64,000 nucleotides of DNA from Perna viridis. Its lineage: Eukaryota. Shown here one piece after another: positions 22,601 to 32,663 of this stretch. Within the stretch, counting starts at the first letter, position 1. Each line of letters begins with the position of its first letter. The DNA lies in NCBI GenBank assembly GCA_037379345.1, contig CM074511.1, forward strand, positions 55,000,862 through 55,064,861, written 5' to 3'. The position numbers and the translations under genes are program-made. The notes beneath the pieces were generated by a model, which was not told the DNA's origin, did not search any database, and saw nothing but the letters and a program-made list of their open reading frames with translations.

Positions 22601-25600
22601 TGACTGATTGATTGATTGTTGGGGTTTAATGCCTGAGCAGCAGTATTTCAGCTATATTCAGGCAATGAACATGAAAGGGATAATAAAATGAACATGAAAT
22701 GATGATGATGAAATGAAAAAAGGGATGAGAACAAGGATAATAAATTTTGATTGCCACAAGATAAAAGGGAGGGATGAGTAAGGTCGGCAATTTAGCCTCC
22801 TGTGGCAGAGTGCAAATGTTCCTACTCCTATCGAATACCACAGCAGGGTTCTTTAACATGCGAGGAATGTGGCATCTTTCCCAACAGTGTGCATCTCTAT
22901 GGTTTGCGGTCAGGTTTTCCGTATTATAGCCTGACAACCCCAGCATGTAAAACGCCAGGGGTACCCCATTCCACCACCTGGGGCAGACATCCCAGTTGCT
23001 CTGTGGGCAGAACGCCTAGCTCCGGCCAGGTTTCTTAGAACTATTTAGTTGCCTTTTACGACAAGCTTAGCGCTGCAGCAGGCCTATTCTTTTAACACCC
23101 GGACCTGCACGGGGCTATAATTTGCATACTAGTATTTCTACTTCATATAAAAATCTGCAATTTCACTTCCCCATAATGTGCATGTACATTGTAGCAACTA
23201 TTGTGTTTATAAAAAAAAACTTGGTTACTAAATATCGGTTGAATACTACTCTATAATTTACAAGTTCTTTAAAATTTATTTGAAAGAAATATCCTTTAAG
23301 GAAACACCTTTTTTTCCAAAACAAACAAGACCAAATTCTAAGAAAACATCTATCTAGAGGTTATAAGTACAATGTATTAGCAATACCTTGCAGACAAAAG
23401 TTCAGAGCCTTCTGACAGCAAAAATGAGATGAAAAGAACTTGTTTAACTTACCATGAATCGAGTATATAATTTCTGATTTTGAGGTAGCGATCTGGTGTT
23501 TTGGAAGGTCTTCCATCAAAGAACTCTAAATGTACACTTCTTTCTTCATCTGAAATGTCCTCTGGATCAAATGTTTTCTCTTCAATGGGAATGGGGAACT
23601 CAACAACCTCACCATTGGACAACACAACCATGTTAGCTACAATTGATACATTTACTTATAATGCAAAATACAGGTAAGCAAATAGTTTTAAAAAGCTTTT
23701 GACAAATAAATATTTATAATTTGCATCTTTTTCGGACTACGCATTTAGCCACCATCCCTATGCTTAAGTAAAATTAAAAATGGGTATGGCTAAGGGATAA
23801 CAGTTGTTGAAATTTACGATTCAGGTCAGTGGCTGAAAACAGTTCTGGCACTTTCAGCGTTTTCATTAGGAGGAGGCACAAGGTGAATCTCACTGCTTCA
23901 CTTCAATAAAATCACCTGTTAAAATTAGAATTTTGTTATAAAATGTAACAGAAAAAAAAATCTGATATCACCTATTGAAATGAAAGTTATTGAAATTGAA
24001 ATCCCTGCATTTTTATTTGTTTAATGATTTTCAATAAAGATAATAGAGCCTACTGAATTCAACAAGGTGATAAGTTTTATCTAAATGATATATCACATAA
24101 AAATAAAAATTGCTCTGTAGAAAAAATTTAATAAAATACCTATTTTTCTTTCTGTAAACAGGTTGGAATCAGACTGGTAATCACTTTCTGAAACAACACC
24201 AGACTGGTTCCCAGTTTCTGACATCCCATCCTCTGATGATTCTGAACAAACACCTGGTATGTACTCTTGAATGTCAGCTTCTTCTTCTTTACTGTCCGCT
24301 TCATTTTCTGATTCTGATTTTTCATTTACAACTTCTTTTACAATGTAAGCTTTACTTGGCTTTGTCCTTACTTTAGCTGACTTCAATAAACTTTCATATA
24401 CTGAATTAGGTGAAGTTGATCTATTTTTTAAAATAAAATTGTCTTCATTTTCATCTTCGTTCTCAATATCAATATCAATGTCCTCTTCTTCACTGCAATT
24501 TCCTGACCCACTCACTATGTCTGCAACTGCACAGAATCTGTCTAAATTCTCTATAACTCCTGTAGAAGTTTCTAATTTGTGTTCAAGTGTTGGGCTCAAC
24601 TGAACAGTAGGTATTGTGACAACCTCTATCACATCATTCAAGCCAATCATCTCTTTACTTGAATTGTTGACCTTGACATTTTTAATCTTAACAACAGGAG
24701 GTGGCTTTAATAAACTAGTTTGGTTTTGACTTTTTACTCCAACTCCTGTTACAGATTTATCCAAACGAATTTTTTTGTTCTTATTTAGGTCAGTAGGTTT
24801 TCTAGTTTTACCACTAGTTTTCGCACCAGAAGCTTTTTTTATTTTGTCATTTTTTGTAAGTTCCTTTGCCAGCATGGTGTCTTCAAGTCTAGGTTTAGAA
24901 TCTGACACCTTTACTTCAACTTTTGCTTCTTGTTTCCCTCTTCTGAGAATGTTAGGAATAGATGTCATGTGATTTTGAATTTTTTTCTGACCAACTGTAG
25001 AAGTCACATAATTTTGTGACTTGACAACAGATGATATTGTGATAGTTGGAGAGGCAGTTGTAACAGCTCTTAACATTTGTTCCAATGTTGCAGGGTGTGA
25101 TTTACTGGATTTAGCTACATTCTCATCTTTATCAACTTCGTCTTCCTCTTGACCTTTGTTGGCTCTCATCTGTGACATAATTTTAACATTACAAACATGC
25201 AGATTTGGATATAAAAACATTATTCTGAAAATAATGTATTATTAAAAGCTAGTAACAAAAAAGAGTTTCATCCCAATTTTTTAAAATGGAATTTTCATAA
25301 TGAAATAGCACATTAATAACAGAAAATGTTGGTTTAAAATATAAACATGTGGGGGTAGACTATAACTTAAGCATCTTTCAGCTAACACAGATAGAGGATT
25401 AATAAACAAAATACAATTAATCCTGTTACCATCTACTGACATTACTGATATTTGAATATTGACAAAACATGGCACAAAACTTGAATAAATTTTTCACATA
25501 CATACCTGCTGCTTAAAGTACTGCTGGGCAAAATTTTTTACTTGTAGATTTGTTCTTGTTGGAATTAGTTCAGCTATCTTGGACCAACTTCTCCCATGGA

Positions 25601-28600
25601 TCTCCTTAAATATATACAAGTTTTATCAATTCACTGTAAACTTAGCCCTATAAAATTTAGTCATTTTCTTTGAAACATTGAAACCAATATAATAGGAAGT
25701 AAATGACTTGCATCAATAAATGATCTAGAAGTATTAAAGATAAGAAAGAATTTATTTCATACCAAGCCTTTGAAAAACAAATTTTTCTCTTCTTTACTCC
25801 ACGGCTGCTTATGTGTAGTAATATTTCTGATATTTCTTCTTCCCTTCTGACCATTCATGTAATATTGTTCTTCCTGTAACATCTTTTCAATTGTGGCCTT
25901 TGATTTTTCATCAATGTAGCTGTCCATACTCCATCCCTGTAATTTATAGTAAAACTTAAGGTCAGTTAAGTTCTAGAATTTTCCAAAAGCATTACTAAGA
26001 TTATTCAAATTAAATTTCTTGATTCTTAGGCAATTATTTGTGACAAATCAATATCGGAGAAAGACATGTTATATTTTTTTCCCGTCTTCATAGAGTGATG
26101 AAGGTTTTAAACACTGTCTATTGTCAGAAAAGGAAGAGGAAAATGCATTTTTTGTTTGTTTTGTATTTACTATTGTGGCAATAACAATGGATAAAGAATA
26201 CATATGTTTTAATGTTTTAAAAATATTAATTGCTGAAAGAAATTTTCAATTTATATAAAAACACTTCTACTAAGGCTCGAAGTAATGGAGAATTTAACCG
26301 TCAAATATGGAACATTATCTCCCTTTAACATGGATGCTTTTCCAATTCATACAGACAGTTGACACTGGCATGCATACCAGCTTTATGACATGTAGATATA
26401 CCACTTTCACAAAATACATGTATTGACTCAATAATTTCACATGGAACAGGAAAGACAAAACTTATATCCTTTATTTTTTTCATATTTTAGTCCCCATTTT
26501 TCAGTCCAAATATTGTTTAAAGCAGACCACAAGTTCTTTCTTACACACTAGCCTTTCTTACATGGTAAAGAACTAAATGTTCAAGAAGATAACTTATACT
26601 CGATGTCACATACAACACATTTTCGAATTGAAGCTCTACTTTTTAAACCGTCGGGACTTACCACTAGAGTTGTCTCTCTTTTATTTAATATGAAGATAGT
26701 TTGCATATATGCATGACGTGTTAGTACCAACGAGTCGCTTATTAGCTTAAATCATGCGTAACAAATCCTTACGGGAAAATCCCATACTAATATCCGCCAT
26801 GTTGGTTTCTACGGGACGATTTGTTTACAAACGAAGTTCGTAAGTTCCCGTCGAACTCCGGTGACAATCGTCTGCTTGATCAACTTCTCGGTATTGTTCG
26901 TTGTTTGCGTAAAATAAATCCGAGATATCTGAAATAATGCCGAAATGCATTCTGGGTTCTTCAGTTTTTGGACAAACCATTTAAATGTAAACAACATCTC
27001 CTAGCAACGCGATCACTGTAAACATGGCCGACTTTTTACAATGTAAATATTGGCACCAAGAATTAAAATCTGACTGGAATTCAATGTTTAGGGAGAAGCC
27101 GTTTGGCTAAACGAATGAGCAAGTCATTTAAGACAATTTAAACGATGGTAGGTGTCAATAAAGTCGTAGAAAATATTTTTATTCAAATTTTAACAGTATG
27201 TTATTTATGTGACGCCGAGTATAGATCTTCCGACTCTCACTTATCCTCAATAATTGTTCTAACTAAGTGTTACAAGATTGACTGCATAACATCATTACAT
27301 ACATGTAAATGTGCAGCCTATGGTTTATTTGCAGTATTTTATGCTATAAAACTCAGAAATTTGTGTGTATCTTTTTTTATGGGGGATTTTATCATTTGGG
27401 GGAAGTGTGCTTTTAAATTTCTTTTGTGGTGTTGAGAAAAAAATTGTTTCAGTAATGTATAAATTCAAAGTGTCAGTTTTTAATTATAACCTAGTCAGTA
27501 GTGGTTTTTATTGTTGAAATTTTCTCTTTATAGGTGTGACTTCACACTTCAATTTCATTGGTTAATCCAGGGAATTAAATTCAAATTAACTAAATGCAAT
27601 TTGGAAATATCAAGTCCATAGGCCAAGATGGATAAATCTACATTTCAAATGAAAATATCTAAAAACAAACATTTTGTATGAATGAATATTTCAAATCTTA
27701 ACAGAATCATCCAGAAGATGAAAGTACAAAGGAAATATGTTTTTGTAGCTGCAATGAGTTTTGAAGGAATTTTCAAAGTTCTACATGTAAATAATGTATA
27801 CAAGTTAACTAAGGGTAGATGTACATCTCCAAGATTTTAAAGTGACTACATATTTGGTAGAGAGAATAATAAAATTATGGCTGTAATTTCCAAATTCAAA
27901 CATAGTTAATTGTATTTACCTGTTCCAACATCCATGCTGGGTTGGTGTATTCTGGTAGAAGGTTGGCACTTTTAGATGGCAGCTCATTAGTGTCATAAAC
28001 ATCACTATTGGCTCTATAAGCATACAAAATACAAATGAGTGTTCATCAACCAAAGAAAGTCAGTTTAGTACTTGAGTGTAATAGATACCTAACACTTGCA
28101 TACACCATTGAGGAATTAATATATTTTTCTATAGTTTTCATACAGAAGTAACTTATGTGAACATCTAGCCTGGAGGGTTGAATATCTCTTTTTTCAAATT
28201 TTGTCTGCTACCCTTCCACTCAAAAGTTTGAAAACTTTGTGAACTTTAATGATAAGGCTCAGACACATGGTATGTGTTACATGAGGTTAAATGCATAAAT
28301 AATTCATACATGGTGAAAATAAAAAAAACAGACAATGTATATCCTTAAATAACTGCAACTATTCATTATAAAAAGAGCTAGTTTTTTGTTAAATATCAAT
28401 ATGACAGTAGGTTAGTAAATTTGTAAACTTATCCACTCTTGGATACTGTAAATAATAATTAGGAATAAGTTTGCTGATAAATTCTGTTACTACACTATTA
28501 TTGCATATACATAAAATATGATATTCATCCCCTATTATAATACAGACATCTAGGTAAATTAGATGACTTTATGGCTAATTATAATCAGTTGAATGTTTTT

Positions 28601-29521
28601 ATACCACCTCTGACATGTTACCTGTTTCAACAACACTTTGATGACAAATAGGATGATTAAAATCAGGAAAAAAATATGTTAAGGAAGTTGAATGTCAGAA
28701 TAAAAACATCAGTTGTGACCTTTAATGGCATCTCCTATTCTGTGGTCTTAACTACTGACAAAAATTCAAAATTCCAAGGTTTTTTACATGTAGCTGCATA
28801 CATATTTTAATATACAAATTTGTCTAAAAATTTATCATGCTGACACATGAGAAATTTTCGTCCAGGCAAAACACTACATCACGGTACATTGAAACTTCAG
28901 AAATATTAAAAATGCACCCTTCACAAAACATTTAAAAGATGTCTATGTTATTTTTTAAAAAGCTACTTCTGGTTGGAAGAATCTTAATAAACCATGCATT
29001 CTCTGCCAGTCCCGCAACAGTTTTACCGACAATTTTATGAATATTCGGAATGCTCTTTGCCGTTTTCCACTTATTATAGATGAAAAATTCCTGAAGAAAA
29101 TTGGCAGAATGATAAATGGCATGAAGTCTAATTTGTTGAAATTGGAACCTGATGCTTTTGCTTTAGAAAGTTCTTGCATTTAAGGCCATTGCCGTCCTCA
29201 TATTATATATTGTGAACATATTTTTGGGGGCTAACTTACTTTAACAGCTCTCTTAAAACTAAATGTCTCTTAATACAAGGATAAAAAAACCATTCCTTTT
29301 GGCTTTGCAAACGGGTCGATCTTCCAAATTATACCTACAAATATCAACTTGACACTTGAGCTATTAGGCCAACAGAAATTATTTGTCATATCTAGAGTTT
29401 AGTAACTAAAGGAAAAGAGGCCAACTCTATATAGTAAATAATAATTGCGGTAATTGATAACAATGTCTAACTCTAATTTGAAGTCAAAATCGCCTTCGAT
29501 GTCAATTTCATCCTCAGCCAT
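10259..29521 (-). CDS. MYSM1: MYSM1 histone H2A deubiquitinase (Myb/SANT, SWIRM, MPN+/JAMM), complete, about 1013 aa
   Basis: 15 phase-consistent exons (5' to 3'): 29472-29521, 27920-28013, 25763-25936, 25506-25604, 24140-25169, 23453-23636, 22392-22522, 21910-22010, 18813-18890, 18369-18482, 16297-16477, 15743-15870, 14916-15048, 11930-12093, 10259-10639. Motifs: [11 protein letters not shown]; [28 protein letters not shown]; [29 protein letters not shown]; [21 protein letters not shown]. Confidence 0.95.
10610..10766. repeat. 57-bp tandem triplication spanning the MYSM1 last intron/exon junction
   Basis: Unit acttatagaaaccagcatctgcaaagagaaat..., with cat at 10637, 10694 and 10751. Confidence 0.92.
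11930..12093 (-). CDS. MYSM1: MYSM1 exon 14
   Basis: [10 protein letters not shown]...[19 protein letters not shown]. Confidence 0.9.
13608..14693. mobile_element. Non-autonomous DNA transposon, MULE/Phantom-like, with subterminal repeats and a PHD-finger remnant
   Basis: Perfect 8-bp TSD tgtgaaag (13600-13607, 14694-14701); GG...CC termini; inverted arrays of tttcgccc/gggcgaaa; plus-strand remnant 13934-14041 [35 protein letters not shown]. Confidence 0.8.
14916..15048 (-). CDS. MYSM1: MYSM1 exon 13
   Basis: [44 protein letters not shown]. Confidence 0.92.
15743..15870 (-). CDS. MYSM1: MYSM1 exon 12 (JAMM motif)
   Basis: [42 protein letters not shown]. Confidence 0.95.
16297..16477 (-). 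CDS. MYSM1: MYSM1 exon 11 (MPN)
   Basis: [32 protein letters not shown]...[15 protein letters not shown]. Confidence 0.95.
16715..17537. mobile_element. Foldback-type MITE with tandem GGACAAAAAGTCAC subterminal repeats
   Basis: About 5 direct units on the left and about 9 inverted units on the right; near-perfect 8-bp TSD taaattgt/taaactgt. Confidence 0.85.
18369..18482 (-). CDS. MYSM1: MYSM1 exon 10
   Basis: HQDKKVED...[17 protein letters not shown]. Confidence 0.9.
18813..18890 (-). CDS. MYSM1: MYSM1 exon 9
   Basis: [26 protein letters not shown]. Confidence 0.9.
19085..21795. mobile_element. Non-autonomous TIR element, PIF/Harbinger-like (TTA TSD), with a nested element
   Basis: tta|GGCCAAAAATAAA ... 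TTTATTTTTGGCC|tta. Confidence 0.65.
20039..21119. mobile_element. Nested TIR element inside the 19085-21795 element
   Basis: About 55-bp imperfect inverted termini (ggtctaaaatgtgtaacc... / ...gggttacacattttagacc); flanks catgccga/cctgccga. Confidence 0.6.
21910..22010 (-). CDS. MYSM1: MYSM1 exon 8
   Basis: [34 protein letters not shown]. Confidence 0.85.
22392..22522 (-). CDS. MYSM1: MYSM1 exon 7 (SWIRM)
   Basis: [40 protein letters not shown]. Confidence 0.95.
22602..23114 (-). mobile_element. About 510-bp non-autonomous retroposon (RTE-type 5' motif, simple-repeat tail)
   Basis: 5' ccccgtgcaggtccggg...cttgtcgtaaaaggcaactaa; 3' tail gaatatagctgaaatactgctgc...ttaaaccccaa(caat)n; homologous to 52393-52900. 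Confidence 0.75.
23453..23636 (-). CDS. MYSM1: MYSM1 exon 6 (SWIRM start)
   Basis: [26 protein letters not shown]. Confidence 0.93.
24140..25169 (-). CDS. MYSM1: MYSM1 exon 5 (long disordered linker)
   Basis: 1030-nt exon inside ORF 24093-25220. Confidence 0.9.
25506..25604 (-). CDS. MYSM1: MYSM1 exon 4 (SANT)
   Basis: [33 protein letters not shown]. Confidence 0.93.
25763..25936 (-). CDS. MYSM1: MYSM1 exon 3
   Basis: [26 protein letters not shown]...[14 protein letters not shown]. Confidence 0.92.
27920..28013 (-). CDS. MYSM1: MYSM1 exon 2
   Basis: [31 protein letters not shown]. Confidence 0.85.
29472..29521 (-). CDS. MYSM1: MYSM1 coding exon 1
   Basis: [16 protein letters not shown]; donor gttaga, phase matches next exon. 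Confidence 0.85.
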
Positions 29522-29773
29522 TTTTTGTTATTATGGCATAGTTTCGTACTTACATGTACATTTTTATTTTTTTTTAAATCACTAAAACCCTCACCGTATT
29601 GATGGTTTTGATATTTTTAATCATGTATAATATAATATATGATATGCAAAACCTGCTAAGGATTCCACAATTAAATTCGAAAGTAATGACTGACGGAAAT
29701 GGGAATGAAAACAAACACACGTGTTTGATTCTATATGATTTATATAGTAAAACCCTAAGTATTACTTGTGAGT
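29522..29773. promoter_or_regulatory. Putative bidirectional MYSM1/HEATR1 promoter and candidate HEATR1 non-coding first exon ending at 29767
   Basis: Lies immediately upstream of the MYSM1 ATG; contains ETS-like CGGAAAT (29694), E-box CACGTG (29718-29723) and a plus-strand donor ctt|gtgagt at 29767/29768. The HEATR1 ATG exon begins with an acceptor. Confidence 0.5.
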
Positions 29774-29892
29774 GAAACAACATAGTTTTTATGCATGCAT
29801 CTACATTTTTAAGTATCATTTTACACAAATTAAACCTTTATTCAGTACTGCACAAAGTTTCTGCAAGTCTTGTCCTCTCTTGATCATGTTGA

Positions 29893-30444
29893 TGTCACCA
29901 GAGACTTCGTCTTTATTACTGTCGGCTACAGCCTACAGTACGTAAATTAAGATCAAGATTTTACTCACAAAATTTTATCTCCGCCACCGAGGATTGAACC
30001 TTTGACCTCTCGGTGACAAGCCAGTAACAAACCGATTCTGCTAAAAATGGCTATTTAATTCTCACTACCTACTACAGGGCAGGTAGGCTGTCCTGCATGA
30101 CATTTCCCCCACATCAAGAGTCATTGTACCATGAACAACTCTTCACCTCTAGCTAACTACACACACCCTATGAGTCTTTTTGTTAGGCGCAAAATGTAAC
30201 ATGACAGCATGATTTGACTCTCAAGATTATATCTGTGACTATTAAAAATGATTACGTGTAAAACCCCCATGAGGATTTTCAAAAGTTGGCAGGTATGTAT
30301 ATCCCCCACCAAGGATTGAACATTTGACCGCTCAGTGACAAACCTATTCTACTAAAGAATTAATCCTTTAGCCAAGTCAGTGAGCTGGTTATTTAAATCT
30401 CACTACCTACTACAATGCAGATACATGTAGGCTGTCCTGCCACA
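29893..30444 (-). mobile_element. TRIM-like element with tRNA-related (Pol III A/B box) sequence in its terminal repeats
   Basis: Two direct repeats (29893-30102 complete, with TGTCA...TGACA termini and AATAAA; 30301-30444 truncated) separated by about 200 bp that ends in purine tract GGGGGAAA; A box TAGCAGAATCGG and B box GGTTCAATCC inside the repeat. Confidence 0.55.
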
Positions 30445-30627
30445 TTACTAACTATAGGAGAGAAGGTATTAGTATTATATTTTCCTTGATATCACATGTA
30501 ACTTTAAGTCACAGGCTCTTGTATGGGGCGCTACTGATGGACAGTGGTAATCCCATTAGAAGAGTATATCAAGAACCCTTGGACTTGTGACAGTTCCAAA
30601 TCTTTTTTTCTGTTTACTACCCCTCTT

Positions 30628-32075
30628 GCCATGTCATTACTGGTGATCTGAATGTTATTCAAAATGAGAATCTCTGAAAAGTGATGTCCCTCAGCCTAAA
30701 GTTCAGGGAACCACAACAATAAAACTGGTACCATTAGGCCTAAGTTAAAAATATGTTTGTTTGCTGTTTACTGACTGACCCGTTTTGAAGGCCTGACCGA
30801 AATTGTTTTATTGCCAAATCTCAAACCATATTTTTTTTCCTGGGCCAAGATCGGGACACTGACACTCATTTTTAGCCTATCTCAAACTGTGTCGCAAAAA
30901 TGTATGGAAAATCAGGTAATTGATCTTTTTTAAAGTACTATTTCAACTTACTTAATCAATGTGATTTTAAGATCTTTATGTTCTGTTCCTCTGTCAAAAT
31001 AAAATACCATGAACACTTAAAAAATTGTGGTATTGTTATAAATATACATTTTTGTACTATACATTTTCCCGACAAAATTCGCATGCAAAGATCTTTAAGA
31101 TATGTTCGAATACATCCCGATGATTTGACCCTTGATAAAAATGTCTGTCTCAGACAAATAGTTAACGTTGTAAATTTTCTCTGTAATTTTAAACCAGACT
31201 TTGAAGAGGTGATTACAGTGGCTCACATTTTTGATCAAAAATTTAAATATTTAATATTTGAAGTTTTGAGAGATGCCCCGCCAAACACTCAACAGTAACA
31301 CAAACAATAACTAAAGACCTAGTGCTATGATGTTTTGACGGGTCGAGCAACAACACTGTCAACATTCACTAGTAAATGTTCCTAGTCTGACATTTTTGGT
31401 TTAGTTTGATATTAAATAAATGGTTCATCCCATTCTATTAGGTCAATTCATTCCAATTTCAAATTCTTGTGTCCTTATATCAAACATTGACAAAAGATAT
31501 GGAAAGATGTATATGTACAATGTATTATGAGTCAAGATATGGAACATTACCATTACAAATTAGCATATCAATGATATAACTTATACACACTTTTAATTTA
31601 TTACCTCGCATATGTCACATCTCTGATACATTTAATTCTGTATTTCTTCCTCTCCAAAAATTTCAATAAAATAAAAATTTTTTCTCTACCTACTGACCCT
31701 AGGTTCAAACCATTGGGTAGGGGAACAGCAAACGAACATATTTTCATGTTTGGCCTTATTTTAAAATCATAATAGACACAGCTGAAGATAATGTAAGAGC
31801 ATGGATAACGAGAGAGAAGGAACAGAAACCAGAACTTAATTCCTTGTCAGATTGGGTATCAGCTGTTAGGTCTTCGGCACAACATTACATTCACAACCTC
31901 AAACACTTAATGAATGATCAACCTAAATCAGTATTCAAGGATGTAGATGCTGCAAAATGTCTTGTCCCTTTTCATAAGAAATATGTCATTTCTGTGGATA
32001 AAGCCTCTAACAACATTGTTTTTGTATGTAAAGTGCATGTACTATGAATGCGTAATAACGGAGCTAGGAATAAAA
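30628..32075 (+). mobile_element. Degenerate Penelope-like retroelement ORF remnant, interrupted by a MITE
   Basis: HVITGDLNVIQNENL*KVMS..KFREPQQ*NWYH / YFKIIIDTAEDNVRAW...LSDWV...VDKASNNIVFVCK (DK..N motif upstream of PLE-type RT). Confidence 0.65.
30737..31755. mobile_element. PIF/Harbinger-like MITE (TTA TSD)
   Basis: tta|GGCC..AAAATATGTTTGTTTGCTGTT ... AACAGCAAACGAACATATTTT..GGCC|tta; removing it restores the host reading frame. Confidence 0.8.
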
Positions 32076-32521
32076 GATAATTCAGGTAATCCAAAATTTT
32101 TTTATATGTTGCTTTAGAGACAGGCTTTTAGATCAAGGTTAGAAGAAAACATGTCTCATACGCTGCCTTAAATAGTTTTATTGATGATATGCATATATTA
32201 TTAAAAAAATATTCTGTTTCTGAGAAAGAGATTAAAGTTGATGGATTTTCATAATGTCTACAAATTAATTTTCTGTAGTTCTATATGTTATTATTTCATC
32301 TTTCATTTTATCCTACAAACTATTGAAATAAGAGAGTGCAATTTCTATTTACAGTATAACATATACTAATGTTTCTTTTATGGACTTTTGTAAATGTCTA
32401 CGAAATCTACCTTGATTGCTTTTGCAAAATTTTGAGGTGAAACTACATGTTGCGGTATATACTTGATACTTTAATCTATAATGATGATGTTCTAATATTT
32501 GTAGGTTTTTAAGGAGAAGAG

Positions 32522-32663
32522 ATGACTTCTTTAGCCAAACAGTTAGAAAGGCTAGCAGTGCCTCACACACAAACGGTTTTTGGAGAAGATAAAAGAAAGA
32601 AATCTTTACTATTTGACCCTAAGGAAGCTGCTGAACTTGATAAAGAAACCTTTTTTGGATTAG
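32522..32663 (+). CDS. HEATR1: HEATR1 coding exon 1 (acceptor at 32505 implies an upstream 5'UTR exon)
   Basis: MTSLAKQLERLAVPHTQTVFGEDKRKKSLLFDPKEAAELDKETFFGL. Confidence 0.95.

Noticed and set aside
23815-23915. Extra MYSM1 exon after a good acceptor (ttttaacag)
   Set aside because: Stops occur early in all three frames and the flanking exons already join in phase. No evidence for a poison exon without RNA data.
29982-30045. Functional tRNA-Asp gene
   Set aside because: A/B boxes are present but the cloverleaf stems are broken, and the sequence sits within a dispersed, diverged repeat.
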